Origin: Podarcis muralis
Lineage: Eukaryota
Assembly: GCF_964188315.1 (NCBI RefSeq)
Contig: NC_135669.1
Coordinates: 16,926,001-16,990,000 of the forward strand
Direction: 5' to 3'
DNA: 64,000 bases
Numbering within the stretch: position 1 is the stretch's first letter; every line of letters starts with the position of its first letter. The notes under the pieces were generated by a model, which was not told the DNA's origin, ran no database searches, and saw only the letters and a list, made by a program, of their open reading frames with translations. The translations under genes were made by a program, and so were the position numbers. This document shows, one piece after another, positions 45,558 through 58,369 of the stretch.

Positions 45558-45912
45558 AGGTAAAGGGTAAAGGGACCCCTGACCATTAGGTTCAGTCGTG
45601 GCCGACTCTGGGGTTGCAGCGTTCATCTCACTTTATTGGCCGAGGGAGCCTGCGCACAGCTTCTGGGTCATGTGGCCAGCATGACTAAGCCGCTTCTGGC
45701 GAACCAGAGCAGCACACGGAAACGCCGTTTACCTTCCTGCCGGAGCGGTACCTATTTATCTACTTGCACTTTGACGTGCTTTCGAACTGCTAGGTTGGCA
45801 GGAGCAGGGACCGAGCAACGGGAGCTCACCCTGTTGCGGGGATTCGAACCGCCGACCTTCTGATCAGCAAGTCCTAGGCTCTGTGGTTTAACCCACAGTG
45901 CCACCCATGTCC
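45558..45912 (-). mobile_element. Sauria SINE, TSD CAGTGGATA
   Basis: Full-length copy with a 9-bp TSD. Confidence 0.9.
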
Positions 45913-46625
45913 CAGTGGATAGAGAATACCAAACAGGAATGTATTGCTGGATCAGACCATACGTATCCTGCTGTCCTGTTTCCCACACTAATGGTGCTCT
46001 GCCCAACCCAGTGCCTCTGGGAAATCCACAGTTGGGAGGAGGTGAGGGCAGCAGGAGGCGATCGCTCATATTGCTCTGTTCCTGAAATGTGGAAGCCTCT
46101 CAGCCTGGCAATAGTATTGAGAGGCAAGGGTCAGGGGGCTACAGGGGTGCCAACTTGAATAAAATATTGGGAGGCCAGGTTATCTCTCCCCCACATTACA
46201 AGACGTGTCACACGCACCATTTGAGTGGCAATGCCCATCAACTTTGGGCCCCCCGGCCCCCTCAAATATAGTAGTTGGCGCTTATGCCTCCCGATGAAGG
46301 ATCCTAAAATAGGTGGTAGGTCTGCTTCTGCCTCTTCTCTCTCCACTCCTCTCTCTTTACTGCGTTAGTACTGCAGTCTCTTGGGACTATCCCAAAGCAG
46401 TGGATTAAAAAAGAAGGGAGATTCCAACTAAACATTAAGAAGAACTTTCAGGCACTAAGAGCTGTTTGATAGCGCAACAGGCTCCCTCGGAAAGTGGCAC
46501 ACTTTTTTATTGGAGGTTTCTGAGGAGAAGCTGGGTGGCCATCTGTCAGAGATGCTTCAGCTGCGATTCCTGCTTGCAGGGTTCAGACTGAATGACCCCT
46601 GGGGTCTTCCAACTTTACAGTTCTG

Positions 46626-46933
46626 TCATTCTGCCACCCCCATCGTTCTGCCCGGACACTGAGATCCAGCGCCGAGGGCCTTCTGGCGGTTCCCTCATTG
46701 CGAGAAGTTAGGTTACAGGGAACCAGACAGAGGACCTTCTCAGTAGTGGCGCCCGCCCTGTGAAACACCCTCCCTTCAGATGTGAAGGAAATAAGCAGCT
46801 GTATTCTCTTTAAAAGACATCTGAAGGCAGCCCTGTTTAGGGAAGCTTTTAATATTTAATGCTGTATTGTTTTTAACGATTGGAAGCCGCCCAGAGTGGC
46901 TGGGGAAATTTAGCCAGATGGGTGGGGCATAAA

Positions 46934-46975
<42 letters not shown>
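46626..46975 (+). mobile_element. L2-clade 3' end with (TTA)n tail
   Basis: Near-identical to 12072-12460. Confidence 0.75.
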
Positions 46976-47223
46976 GCTCTCCACCCCACTCGCTTGGCTG
47001 TGAAAGTCACCTTGGGCCAGTGCCTGTATCCTCCGCCTAGCCCACCTCACAAGGTTGTGGTGGGGAGGAAGAGAACCAGGCGATTCACCTTTAAAAATAA
47101 AATAAACTTATTTATTTGGTTTTTCAAATTACAGTTTTACAATCACATATCCAACACACAACGGAAAGACAAGATTGCATTGAATCTCCTGGACGTCCCT
47201 CCTCCCTTTCATGAGTCCAATTG

Positions 47224-47594
47224 CTGTTTTTTTTTAAAAGATAGTTATTAAAGTTTTCAAATTTAGTACAATAAAAAAGAATCAAAAAAGAGAAAAGCAA
47301 AAAGGTTTAAAAACACATAAGTTTCACAATACCTATTTTTCAATAACATATTTCACTGACTTCCTCATACCTCCCCTTCTTGTATTCCAATTTAAATTGT
47401 TAGTTCAGCAAATCCTTATCCATAAATTTAACCTGTTTCTATACCCTATTTTTTTCTTTTCCCCATATCACATTACAGCTATAAACCCCTTAATTTCTAT
47501 CCAACATCATTCAACACTCATTAATTTTGCAAAGTTTCCGTAAATAGTCCTTGAATTTCTTCCAATCTTCTTCCGCCGACTCTTCTCCCTGGTC
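47224..47594 (-). mobile_element. 5'-truncated L1, TSD TCATGAGTCCAATTG
   Basis: 15-bp TSD at 47209-47223 and 47595-47609. Same family as 11365-11828. Confidence 0.8.
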
Positions 47595-47994
47595 TCATGA
47601 GTCCAATTGTTAGTCATTTCCACCTGCGTCTTTTATAATAATCCAGTTTTTTTACATTTTCATTATATCCAAAATTCACCATTAAACTACAAGTGTTATC
47701 AGGCCATTCACCATGAGCACCCTGAAGGAAAAGGTGCGGATAGGCTTGCAGTAATAAACAAGGGTTGCTGCTCTGTCCTCCCCCCCCTCCCCGGTCGCCT
47801 GGTGGGCGCGGGATTACAGTATTGCCTCCCATTCCTCGCGCAGAGATGCTGCCGCTAGAGGGCGCCCCAGGACCCCGCGCTCTTCACGGCCCCCAGCAGC
47901 TCCAACCATAGAGAAAGGAGGAAAAAAGAGCCTCGTTCTCTATGGTTCTGACTCCGTCGCCGACCTGGCTTCCGCTTCCTCCCGCCTGAGGAAG

Positions 47995-50900
47995 ATGGCG
48001 GCGGCCTCGGCTTCAGCCTCGGGCCTGTCCAAGGCCGAATACCTGCGGCGGCGCTACCTGGAGGCTGACGGGCCGGAGGCGGACTCGGAGGCCAAGAAGC
48101 GGCGCAAGAAGAAGAAGGCGGCGAAGGAGCTGCCGCCGGGAAGGTAGGAGACGGAGGGAGGGAGGGAACAAGGATGGAGGGATGGAGGGCCGGGGGTGGT
48201 TGTTGGCTCTGTCGCCGCGGCCTCCTCCTCCTTCTTGCCGATGGCGAGGAGACCCTCCTCCCTTTCCCCGCTCTCCTTTCCCCCTCCTTTTGAGGGGTGT
48301 GAACGCATAGAAATATCTGCGCTTCAAATCCCCTCGCACGGCCTCTCAGCCTCGCCTACCTCGCAGGGTTGTTGTGGGCGGGGGTGTTAAGTGAGAATGG
48401 AAGGGAGAACCATGTGTGCCACCATTGAGCTTCTTGGGGGGCCAAAAGAAAGGGATATAAAAGAATAAATGACGGTCGAATGCCAAAGTTCATCGCAGGG
48501 CAGCCTTGGTTGGTCAGACTGCCCGCCCTGCTTCTCAAGCCACAACGCCCATTTCTGTTTTTAATAGCCTTGCAGATATGCCCAAATATACTGGTCTGCA
48601 GCATTTTTTACTTGCTTGTTGATACGCAGCAGAGGAGGGATGGAGCATTGCACGGCTGGGTGGGGTGGAGGAGACCCTTGTCTAGCAGCCTACTTGCATT
48701 TCATGCTGGGTTTATGTCGTACCTGTGAAATTCCTCCTTCTATACGACAAAGGTGAACAAGTCCAATTATCTCTTTCCCACCCGACAGAGCGTTCCAGGC
48801 AGCCCACTTGCTCACATCATCTGTGTGGCATTTCATGACCTTGTCTATGCAATTTCTGGTTTCCTATTCCTACCAGATTAGTGCTGGAATGTGAGTCTTT
48901 TTATGCCTCCACCAATCTTCCATTTACCCTCTTTCTCTCCAGCTGTGTAACCAAGCCTCAGTATCATTCAGTAGCATTGGCTGTCATTCATTCTATTCCC
49001 CCCGTCTTTTCTAGGAGTTTACTATAGCTTTCAGATTGTAAGGTCCTAGAAGGCAGCAGTTTGTGGTCTTTGTATGAGTATCCTGCGAAATGGCAGGTAT
49101 GTTGATGGTGCTGCCCATAGAAGCCTTTAGCATGCCACTCAGCTCTTAAAGCAGTGGACACAACATAATAAGAAAAATGAGGGCGCAGCCCACTTGTACA
49201 TTCTGAGTTTCTAACAGACTAGTCAGAATGTTGGGCTTGGATGTGGAAAACCTAATACTTAGGTAAAGGTAAAGGGACCCCTGACCGTTAGGTCCAGTCG
49301 CAGATGACTCTGGGGTTGCAGCACTCATCTTGCTTTACTGGCCAAGGGAGCCGGCGAACAGCTTCCGGGTCATGTGGCCAGCATGACTAAGCTGCTTCTG
49401 GCAAAGCAGAGCAGCTCATGGAAATGCCGTTTACCTTCCTGCCGGTGCGATACCTATTTATCTGCTTGCACTTTGATGTGCTTTCAAACTGCTAGGTTGG
49501 CAGGAGCAGGGACCGAGCAATGGGAGCTCACCCCGTCGCGGGGATTTGAACCACCGACCTTCTGATCGGCAAGCCCTAGGCTCTGTGGTTTAGACCACAG
49601 CGTCACCCACGTCCCTCAATAACTAGGTAGATATATGCAATTGTTCTCCCCTTATGGTACCTTGGAGCCTTTTCCTGTTCAGACCCACATTTGGTTAATC
49701 TGTCTGGGGCATGGCATCTTTCCCTCTCTACCACCTACATGAAATTAGGCAGAGTGCACCAGTTGCCCACCTTTGCTCTAAGGCAGAGCTTTCCAAACTG
49801 TGTCACAATATGTTAGTGTGTTGGCTGCAGTGTGTAGGTGTGTTGCACAAACACTTCCTGTGCTCCTCCTGGGGTTGGAAAGGGGCTTGTTTAACCTCCA
49901 GTTTGCTGGTAAAACAATTCCTGTGTCACCAAATGATGCATGTCTAAAAAGTATGTCACCAACATGAAAAATTTGGAAAGTTCTGCTGTAGGGGCTAAGG
50001 TTGCCCCATTGAATACATGCATGAAATTGGGCTGTAACGGGCTCATCATGGCAGCAAGATGATAAGCAAAACTATATTCTAACAGCCTAGCAGTTATCTA
50101 GAAGATTTATTCATGAAGTGTTTGTAATGCTACACTGTGATACTAATGCGATTTCTTCTTCTAGAGAGCTGCTCTTCCCCCCCCCCCCCCAGAGAATACA
50201 TTTAAACAATATGCTGATCTTTGATCATGTTGTGTTATCTGTTTGACATCCAGAATTCGCATAGTGGATGATGATGACACGAGCTGGAAAAATGTCCCTA
50301 TTGAGCAGGAAAAAGAGGATGAGGAGGGGGATGATGGAGACTTGCCTGTGGTGAGTATTTGGAGGCAGTTGGAAACAGAGAGCTTAGCTGTACCATCACT
50401 TATTTAAAACTGTTTAACTCTCTGAGTAAGTACATCACCTTTTCTTCTCAGTCGTGTGTAGTGAAGATCAATATAATTTCCATTTTACTCATTGAAATTG
50501 GAGGGTTCAGACAAGCACAGATGCATTGAGTGCACACTGTAAAAAGGGTCGCTCAGCTGGGGAGATTTTGGCTTTGCAGTGCGACATGCCTCTTGGGATT
50601 GCCCAGATCTCCTGTCTTTCCTTCCAGGTGGCTGAGTTTATTGATGAGCGGCCAGATGAAGTTAAATGGATGGAAGAATTCCGAACCAGTAACAAGTGGA
50701 AGCTGTTGGGAGGTTAGTGTCCTGTAGTTCTTCTAATGGGGTGATTATTTTGTGCTCTGTGAGATACTTTCATCAGGTTAGCGCTGCATGTAGGCACACA
50801 GCCAAGATGGGCACAAATTTTTTTTTTTTGGGGGGGGTGAGGGGGTTCTTTTGTGTAGTTTTGTCTCTCTTTCTGTAGTTGTGGCAGAAGAATGAGGTCA

Positions 50901-53900
50901 GGTGAACAGAGAAGTAGCTTAGTAAACGTTATGGAAGCGTAACCAAGAAATAGCGGTTACTACGCAAAAAAGAATGAAGATGGAAAATAAATACACTTTA
51001 CTTATTAGTGTATAGGCAATGTAGAGGTTCATTGGGGTCTTAACAAAATAAGACATTATGAGTCATAAGAATGCAAACTGTCAGTAATGGAATCTCATGT
51101 AGAATTCAGTTAGTGTGAACATTTTTGCTATGACGTATCACGTGTAATCCGTTTTTCATAACTATGCTACAGAAGTGGGTCAACAGTGACCCTTCAATGA
51201 CATCCCAACTCACATCATCCCCCAGCCAGCATAGTTAATGCTCAGGGATGGTGGGAGTTGTAGTCCAGCAGTATTTTCAGGGTGAAACAGTTTGTGGGAA
51301 GTGGAATTTGAAAAAGAAGTTTGTGGGTTGCCAAAAAAGCCTGTCAGGGGTTTACTTTAGCTCAGGGAGGGGGCGAGCATAGGAATGCAGGGAGTTGCCT
51401 TGTGCCAAGTCAGACTTTGATCCATCCAGCTCAGTGTTATAGATACTGACTAGCAGGAGTCTCTTCTCCCACCTTGAGACACCAGGTATTATCTCTAGGA
51501 TCTTTTGCATGGAAAAATATGTGCTCTCTTCCTGGACAGTGATGTGAATTTTCCAGGGGGGAAAAATGAATTGGGGTAATTTGCATTGGAAAACTTTCTA
51601 ATGCTCTAGAAGGTGATCTAATCTAGTGTGTTTATTTTACTTATATTTAATAAACAACACTTAGAAAGGTTGGCTCTGTCTGACTTGCCTAACACAGTAT
51701 TTTCAATTGATGTTAATTGTTACTAATTACCATATGAGATGGAATGCATTATGCAGAAAGATAAAGCACTGGAACATGTTCCGTTTCACATCACCACTCC
51801 TGGGTTAGTTTTCTAGACATTGCTGTCCTTTGCATGACCATTGCAAAAGCCACAAAACTTGCATCTTCTCATAATGTTATGGAGACGATTCAGAGGTCTA
51901 CATAAACATGGCTTGAATTGCGTTCTTTTTTCAGATCAAAAGAAAGAGTCAGAAGAATCTGATCCTTCTGTGACTGCAAAGTCAACAAAGAGGTAAGGAG
52001 GGTATTTAGTTAAGCATTTAACAGCTCATGTTTTCCTGATTAGGACACATCTGTGGTATAGGAGGAACAGATGGAAAGCTCTTTAACTTGAGTCGGCTGA
52101 AAGCAAAGAGTAAGGTTACCATAACTTCCGTCATAGTGCTTCAGTATGCTGATGTCAACGTAGTGTGCGCACACTCAGAGGATGATTTCCAAACCATCCT
52201 ACGTATTTTTGAAGAAGCTTACGAAAAGCTTGACCTATCGCTCAACATCCCAAAAACCAAAGTGCTGCACCAATAAGCACAAAACAACTTCTCTGCTACA
52301 AATCCAACTGAATGTTAAGACAGTATTGTTTACTCACTGTTAAGACAGTGTTCATGAAAGACAATCTTACTTGTCTACGAGGGATCACCAGAGGAGGAGG
52401 AGGAAGAAAAGCTCCTTCAGGATGATTTTAACAGCTGCTGTGACAGTGGCTTTAGCCTTCTGGACTGGAGCAGCTATTTAACATAGTTTGTGAGTGGAAG
52501 GAATGACTAGCACTTCATGTTTGTAGCACACCAGCTCTATGAAATCTTTGAAGCTAAGGCACAAAGCTTGTTGCAGGCTCATTGAAAACAGACTGTGTAG
52601 GCTCTGCACAGTTGAAAAGGGCACAGTAAGCCTCCCAACATCTTTATGAACATAGTTAGAACTGGGCTGGCCGTAGTGCGGTATAAGAGGGGTGTCAAGA
52701 TAAATAATTAATTGTCACATGATTCCAAAGAAAGAGCACACATGGTAGTCAGTTGGCATTCTGACTGTGGTGGTATTGGCAAAGAAACTGGCAGTGGCAG
52801 AGTTTCAAGTGCCAACACCAGGAGGCTGAGTCAGCCCACTGGGTGTTCTCTGGTCAGGATTGCTACTCCCCGCTTGCTGCCAGCCTGCTGTGTCAAAACC
52901 ATATAAGGCAGCAAAATTTTACTGAAAGTGACTTGCCTGTTTGAAGCTTTGACTAATGTGCATTTTGGTTTTCCTTCCAGTTCAGACGCCACAAAACAAA
53001 AAAGAGCAAGGCATTCGCCAGACCAGTCACCGCCGAGGAGACGTCATGACTCGCTGGACCAATCACCGCCCAGGAGGGTCCTCCGTGACTCGCCGGACCA
53101 GTCTCCGCCCAGGAGGACCCGTTGTGACTCACCAGATCAATCCCCACCCAGGAGGGGCCGTCGTGACTCACCAGATCCGTCCCCGCCCAGGAGGGGCCGC
53201 CGTGGCTCACCAGATCCATCACCTAAAAGGCATCATTCTGACACAGGCAAAAATAATACCAGAAGCTCGCATGGAGGCCGACAGGAACGCTATGCTGACA
53301 AGCCCTCAGCCCATCAAAGGTGGCAGGCTACCTCTGACCTTTCACCACCCCAGAAGAAGACGCGTGATTCTGATGCCGGCCCATTGCTGTCTCAGAAACG
53401 GCAGTTGCCCACTGGGGGTCTAGAAAAACAAAGCAACGCCAGAGGTGAGTAGATTTGTGGAAGCCTTTCTCCAGAGACAAGTATGTTTTGGGAGTGTGAG
53501 TTATTCTTATTGGAAGTCCTGGTAAACATCCAGTCACATTTGGTAATTTGTTTTGATGCTTGTATGCCACTTCGCAGACTCTGAAGCCAATAAACGGTCT
53601 CATTCATCAGCACCTTCACCGAGGAAGCGCCAGAGGCATGATTCTGAATCCGACTCCGATTCTCCCCCACCCAGGAGGAGTGCCAAAACCTCCTCAGATT
53701 CGGACCTTTCCCCACCACGGGCCTCTCGCAGTACACACTCACAGCGCCCGAGCTCTCCTTCCGACCTCTCTCCTCCCAGAAGAACACGGGGCAAGTCTTC
53801 AGACTCTGATTTGTCCCCTCCCCGCAGAGGTCAAGAAGGCAGGAGGAAGGCCCACAGATCCGAGAGCCCCCCTGACCTCTCACCACCTCGACGGGCCAAG

Positions 53901-56900
53901 GACACCAAAGGGAAGGATGGCATCCAAAAGGTGAGGACTTCGTTATTCAGCAGTAAATGTGCTGATTCTGTTTTGTAAGCGTGACAACCATGATAAGAAC
54001 TGTTGAAGAATTGGTGCCAGACTTTGCTTTTTCTTCTTCTCTCCCTGCCCCTTTTCTCTCTGTGTGTTGTGGTGTTTTTTTTAATAGATGGTAAATCTGC
54101 AGGCAGGGATGTCTTGTTTTAATTGATTATATCTAAACTACTCTGGGAGCCTTTTGGGCTGAAGAGCAGAGTACAAATGCTCTAAATAAATAAGTAAGGA
54201 CCCTGTAATGATTTCCTGTATGCTTTCCCCATGTGCTGTGGGGAATGACTTCCCTCAGAGGCAGCTACACTGGAATTATATGGGGTTTAGTACTTTTGTG
54301 GAACTGGCACAAGGGTAGCATTTTTTATTTTTGACACAGCTGTTGTGCTGCTTTTGGCTTGCAGGGCCCTCAGATGCTTTCGGGGGGCAAAGCTGGCTTA
54401 GTGTCAGCTGAGCTGCTGAGGAAGGAGCAGCATGAGCTCAGGAAACAGCAAAGCAGCAGCAAACATTTGGAAGGTGAGCTGTGGGGTGGGAGGCAGAGGT
54501 GGAGAATGTGACTTTCTCAGGGTCACACAGTGACTTCATGGCACAAGTAGGACATGAATCCAGCCCTCACCCCCGGGGTTGTATGGGCACCTCTGTTTAA
54601 AACCCATCAGGACATGTCATCCCCGCCAAGACTGGGTTACTATAGCAGGAATGAAAGCGGCTTTCAAAAGGAAGTGTTCGGCTGTGACTCTCCAAAGTGG
54701 AGCAGGGCCCACCAGAGTTTTGGGCAGGTCCTCCTGCAAATGCAGTGGTGATGAGCTGGGACTTCTAGTTGCAGGAATGGGTATTTGCAGCTTCTGCATT
54801 CTCTAAAGCGAACCACTCTCCTTTCATACGGATGTAGGGGGCTATGATTGAAAAATGTGCAAGCCTACAGATATTTGATGCTGGTGGTGCTGTGGGTTAA
54901 ACCACAGAGCCTAGGACTTGCTGATCAGAAGGTCGGCGGTTCGAATCGCTGCGACGGGGTGAGCTCCCATTGCTCAGTTCCTGCTCCTGCCAACCTAGCA
55001 GTTTGAAAGCACGTCAAAAGTGCAAGTAGATAAATAGGTACCGCTCCGGTGGGAAGGTAAATGGCGTTTCTGTGCGGCTTAGTCATGCTGGCCACATGAC
55101 CTGGAAGCTGTACGCCAGCTCCCTCAGCCAATAAAGCGAGATGAGCGCCGCAACCCCAGAGTCAGTCACGACTGGACCTAATGGTCAGGGGTCCCTTTAC
55201 CTTTTACAGATATTTGGAGTCTAATTGTTCACACCCAATGAAGTTAGCACCCAGCAGATTGAAAGGAAATGCAGATAGACCTTTCAGCCCCCTGTTGTGG
55301 CTAGCTTGAATGCCTGACTCCTTCTCCCCCGCTTCCCTTCCCCAGTTGAATCGCGACATGCTGAAACAGTTTTCCGGGACAAGTCGGGCCGCAAGAGGGA
55401 CCTGAAGCAGGAGTTGCTGGAACAACGCAAGAAAGCAGAGGAGAAATCCGAGCGAGATGAGCAGTATGCCAAATGGGGAAAGGGGTAAGCTGGATGGTTC
55501 CTGCGTTCAGGGCAGAATCCCTAATTTCCTATCAGACCACTGAAAAATGGGGATGGGAAAACTCACTTAACAGTGAGAAAGGAAGGTGTCCTAACACCAG
55601 CTCAGAAGATGGAACCTGACACCTCCTGCCTGCAAAGCAGGGGCTCTAGCATTGAGCCACAATCATCCCCCTCAGAGAAAAGCCGCTGTCTCAAGCCTTC
55701 CTCGGTGTGTTGCTGACTTGGGCAACAGCAGGTGACCCTTCTCTCTTTCCAAACCTCCTGTAGTGTCTTGTGCAAAAAAGGCAAGAAAAAAAGTTGAGTC
55801 CAGCCGCTTATGCCCTGCTTTGGTTTGTGCCTCTCCCTGCAGCCTCACACAGAGCCGGCAGCAGCAGCAGAATGTGGAAGATGCAGCGAAAGAAATGCAG
55901 AAGCCACTGGCCCGGTACATTGACGACCAGGACTTGGACAAGATGCTGCGGGAGCAGGAGCGTGAGGGGGACCCCATGGCCGAGTTCCTTAAGAAGAAGA
56001 AGGCCAAGGAGAAGAAAGATACCAAAGGTCAGCACTTGCGGTCTCCAGGTGTTACTGGTTTGTGGCGGTGGGGAGGGTGGCTGTGGTTGACAGGAAGAGG
56101 CACTCTGCTAATTCTCGTGCTTCCCAAAGGTCATTTCTGATCTGTTACAGCTAAGAGGTGGAATGTTCAGCTTGGAAATAACTTTGACCCTAAGAGATGC
56201 ACCTAAATGGAATTTTCAACAATGCCTTTTGAAAAGGGTGGGGTGTCAGGAGTCAGAGGAGTGACTAAAGCTTTGTGGTGAAGAGAACTGGGCAAGAAAC
56301 TGCCCCGTCGTCCTTCTCTGTTACACCCAGTCCTCACATTCTACTTCTAAGCTCCCCTCAACAAAAATTGCTTTCTGGGGTAGAGGGGGGGAAGATGTTG
56401 TTCAGGGCTTCTTCCTCTAGGAAGGCATTTTGTGATGGATGGCATATCAGGCATTCTGCTTTTTTGCCTTGCCTCTGCCTTCCCGTGAACAACCCTGTGC
56501 CTTGCACATTGTCTTCCCCGTAAATCACACTGTCTTTGAGGACCACTGTTGACTTCCTCTATGTGTGTTGGGTCAGTGCTAGCATAACTCCCTGGCTTCA
56601 CTGAAAAATAATAATGGTTGAAGCTGTTTGCTTATTTTCCTTCCCCTTCTTCAGAAAAGCCAAGATACAATGGACCAGCACCCCCACTTAATAGGTTCAA
56701 CATCTGGCCTGGGTATCGCTGGGATGGAGTAGACAGGTAAGTCTGTCTTTCTGCTAGTAATGGTAATAGATGGTCTCCAGTTACAAAGAACCATGTGATA
56801 TACCCATGTGGCATTTCCTACTTGCAATATTGACTTATTGCTGAAACAACTTCTGGTTTCGCGTCCATCCTCTGTCCCTGATCAGGACACTGAAGCAGCA

Positions 56901-57201
56901 TCCCTAATGGGGTTTCTTTGTGAAGTTTGCGGGTAGGTGGGTTATCTTCATTCAGCTGCTGTTGGCAACTTTCTCATGACCAAGATTTGGGGCTGGGAAA
57001 TTTGAAGGACTTGGTTGCACCGTGAAGGCCACCCAGCTCCCCCAAGAAATCTGTCTGCCCCAGTTTTTTGTTGGGTCACCTTATTGACTTTGTTTCTGTT
57101 CCTGTAGGTCCAACGGCTTTGAGCAGAAGCGGTTTGCCAGGATCTCAAGTAAAAAGGCAGTTCAGGAGCTGGCATACAAGTGGAGTGTTGAGGACATGTG
57201 A
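47995..57201 (+). CDS. BUD13: BUD13 homolog (RES complex), 604 aa; join(47995..48143,50254..50350,50628..50712,51935..51992,52981..53444,53578..53930,54365..54473,55346..55484,55843..56027,56655..56736,57108..57201)
   Basis: [44 protein letters not shown] repeats, [57 protein letters not shown]. The exons total 1815 nt in frame, and a YY1 motif AAGATGGCGGC overlaps the ATG. Confidence 0.95.
49262..49615 (-). mobile_element. Sauria SINE in BUD13 intron 1
   Basis: Full-length copy. Confidence 0.88.
52063..52276 (+). mobile_element. RTE-clade LINE reverse transcriptase fragment
   Basis: [16 protein letters not shown]...[21 protein letters not shown]...[13 protein letters not shown], a degenerate YADD region. 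Confidence 0.8.
54878..55203 (+). mobile_element. Sauria SINE, TSD TACAGATATTTG
   Basis: 12-bp TSD and ACCTTT tail. Confidence 0.88.
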
Positions 57202-57863
57202 TTTTCCATCCTGAGATGGAACCTCCTCACAGTGCTGGAGATGGAAGGATCTCCTCTGTAACAGGGTTAAAGGGGTCCACCTATCAAGACTATTCCAGGT
57301 GGTTTTGGAAGGGCTTCGAGGCAGCTTGCTGTTTCCAGGCAGAAGGCGAGACTGATGGAATTCCTGCAGTATATATAGACTGGACAAGGAGGAGTGAGAG
57401 AGAGCCACCTATGGTGCAGAAGCCCAAAGTCCTTTTCGGATGGAAACCTCTGGAAATCCACTGCTGGAAGAAACTGGTCTCTTCCATATTAACCTCATGG
57501 AGCAGTTGAGGTTGCTGCAGCTGATCGTAAGCTGTATTTGAAATCTCAGGTGCTTTTTCTGGGTAAGGAGCAGCAAGAGACAAGGTTAAGGAGGACTCCC
57601 TTCATTGAATAACGTTCCTTCTGCTCCTTGGAAGGGTTTGACTGTGTTTTCTTGTAGCTGCTGGCCATGGTTGAAACCACTGGCTGGTTTGTGACTCTGA
57701 ACATCCTGGTGTACATAAGCACAACATCTTCCTGCGTTTTCTGTCTTGCACTGTTGGGTGCACACACTTCTGGACTGTGCAGTTTTTGCCTGGGCAGGGA
57801 GAATGCTTTCCCATAGCCTTTTCCTAAAAGGACCAGCTGGAAATCCGCACTCTTGTATTTGAG

Positions 57864-57869
57864 AATAAA
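57864..57869 (+). terminator. Candidate BUD13 poly(A) signal
   Basis: First AATAAA after the BUD13 stop. Confidence 0.5.
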
Positions 57870-58203
57870 CTCACCTCCAACAGCAGCTCAAGGAGCTAGT
57901 TGGGAAGTCAACGTGCAGATTTTGAAACCCTTTTACATTTCCCCTGAAGCATCTGCTGGTGTCACCGAAGGGGTCTCCTGCAAAACATAGGGAAGCTAAA
58001 TGCAAAGACTTTTTCATAGGAAATGGGATTCTCTGCAGCTAATTTTTTTACAACCCTTTGTATTTTTGATGTACAGTTTGTAAATAACAACTTCCTTTTC
58101 CGATTTGGTTGTATGCATTTTGTAAAGTTCTGTTACCACCATGTTTATACCAGGGAACAAGAAAGATTTGGGCTTGAGCTGTTTCGAGTTTATATTACTC
58201 CTT

Positions 58204-58209
58204 TTTATT
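58204..58209 (-). terminator. Poly(A) signal of the SAXO-like gene
   Basis: TTTATT on the + strand, about 160 nt past the TAA at 58370. Confidence 0.55.
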
Positions 58210-58369
58210 GAACACAAGTGTGTTTTTGCTATGGCAATATCCAAACATGAACAGAACTTGAGAGTACAATTTTATAATTTGCGAAGGAGCATAGATTCCA
58301 GCCCCCTTTAAAATCCACGATGTTCAGCCATTAGTCCCTGAGGTCTGACCCTTCTGGCACAGTCACACT

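Noticed and set aside
52953-53934. Long alternative-frame and antisense ORFs over the BUD13 repeat exons
   Set aside because: By-products of the 39-nt, 13-aa SPPRR repeats, which are a known BUD13 feature.
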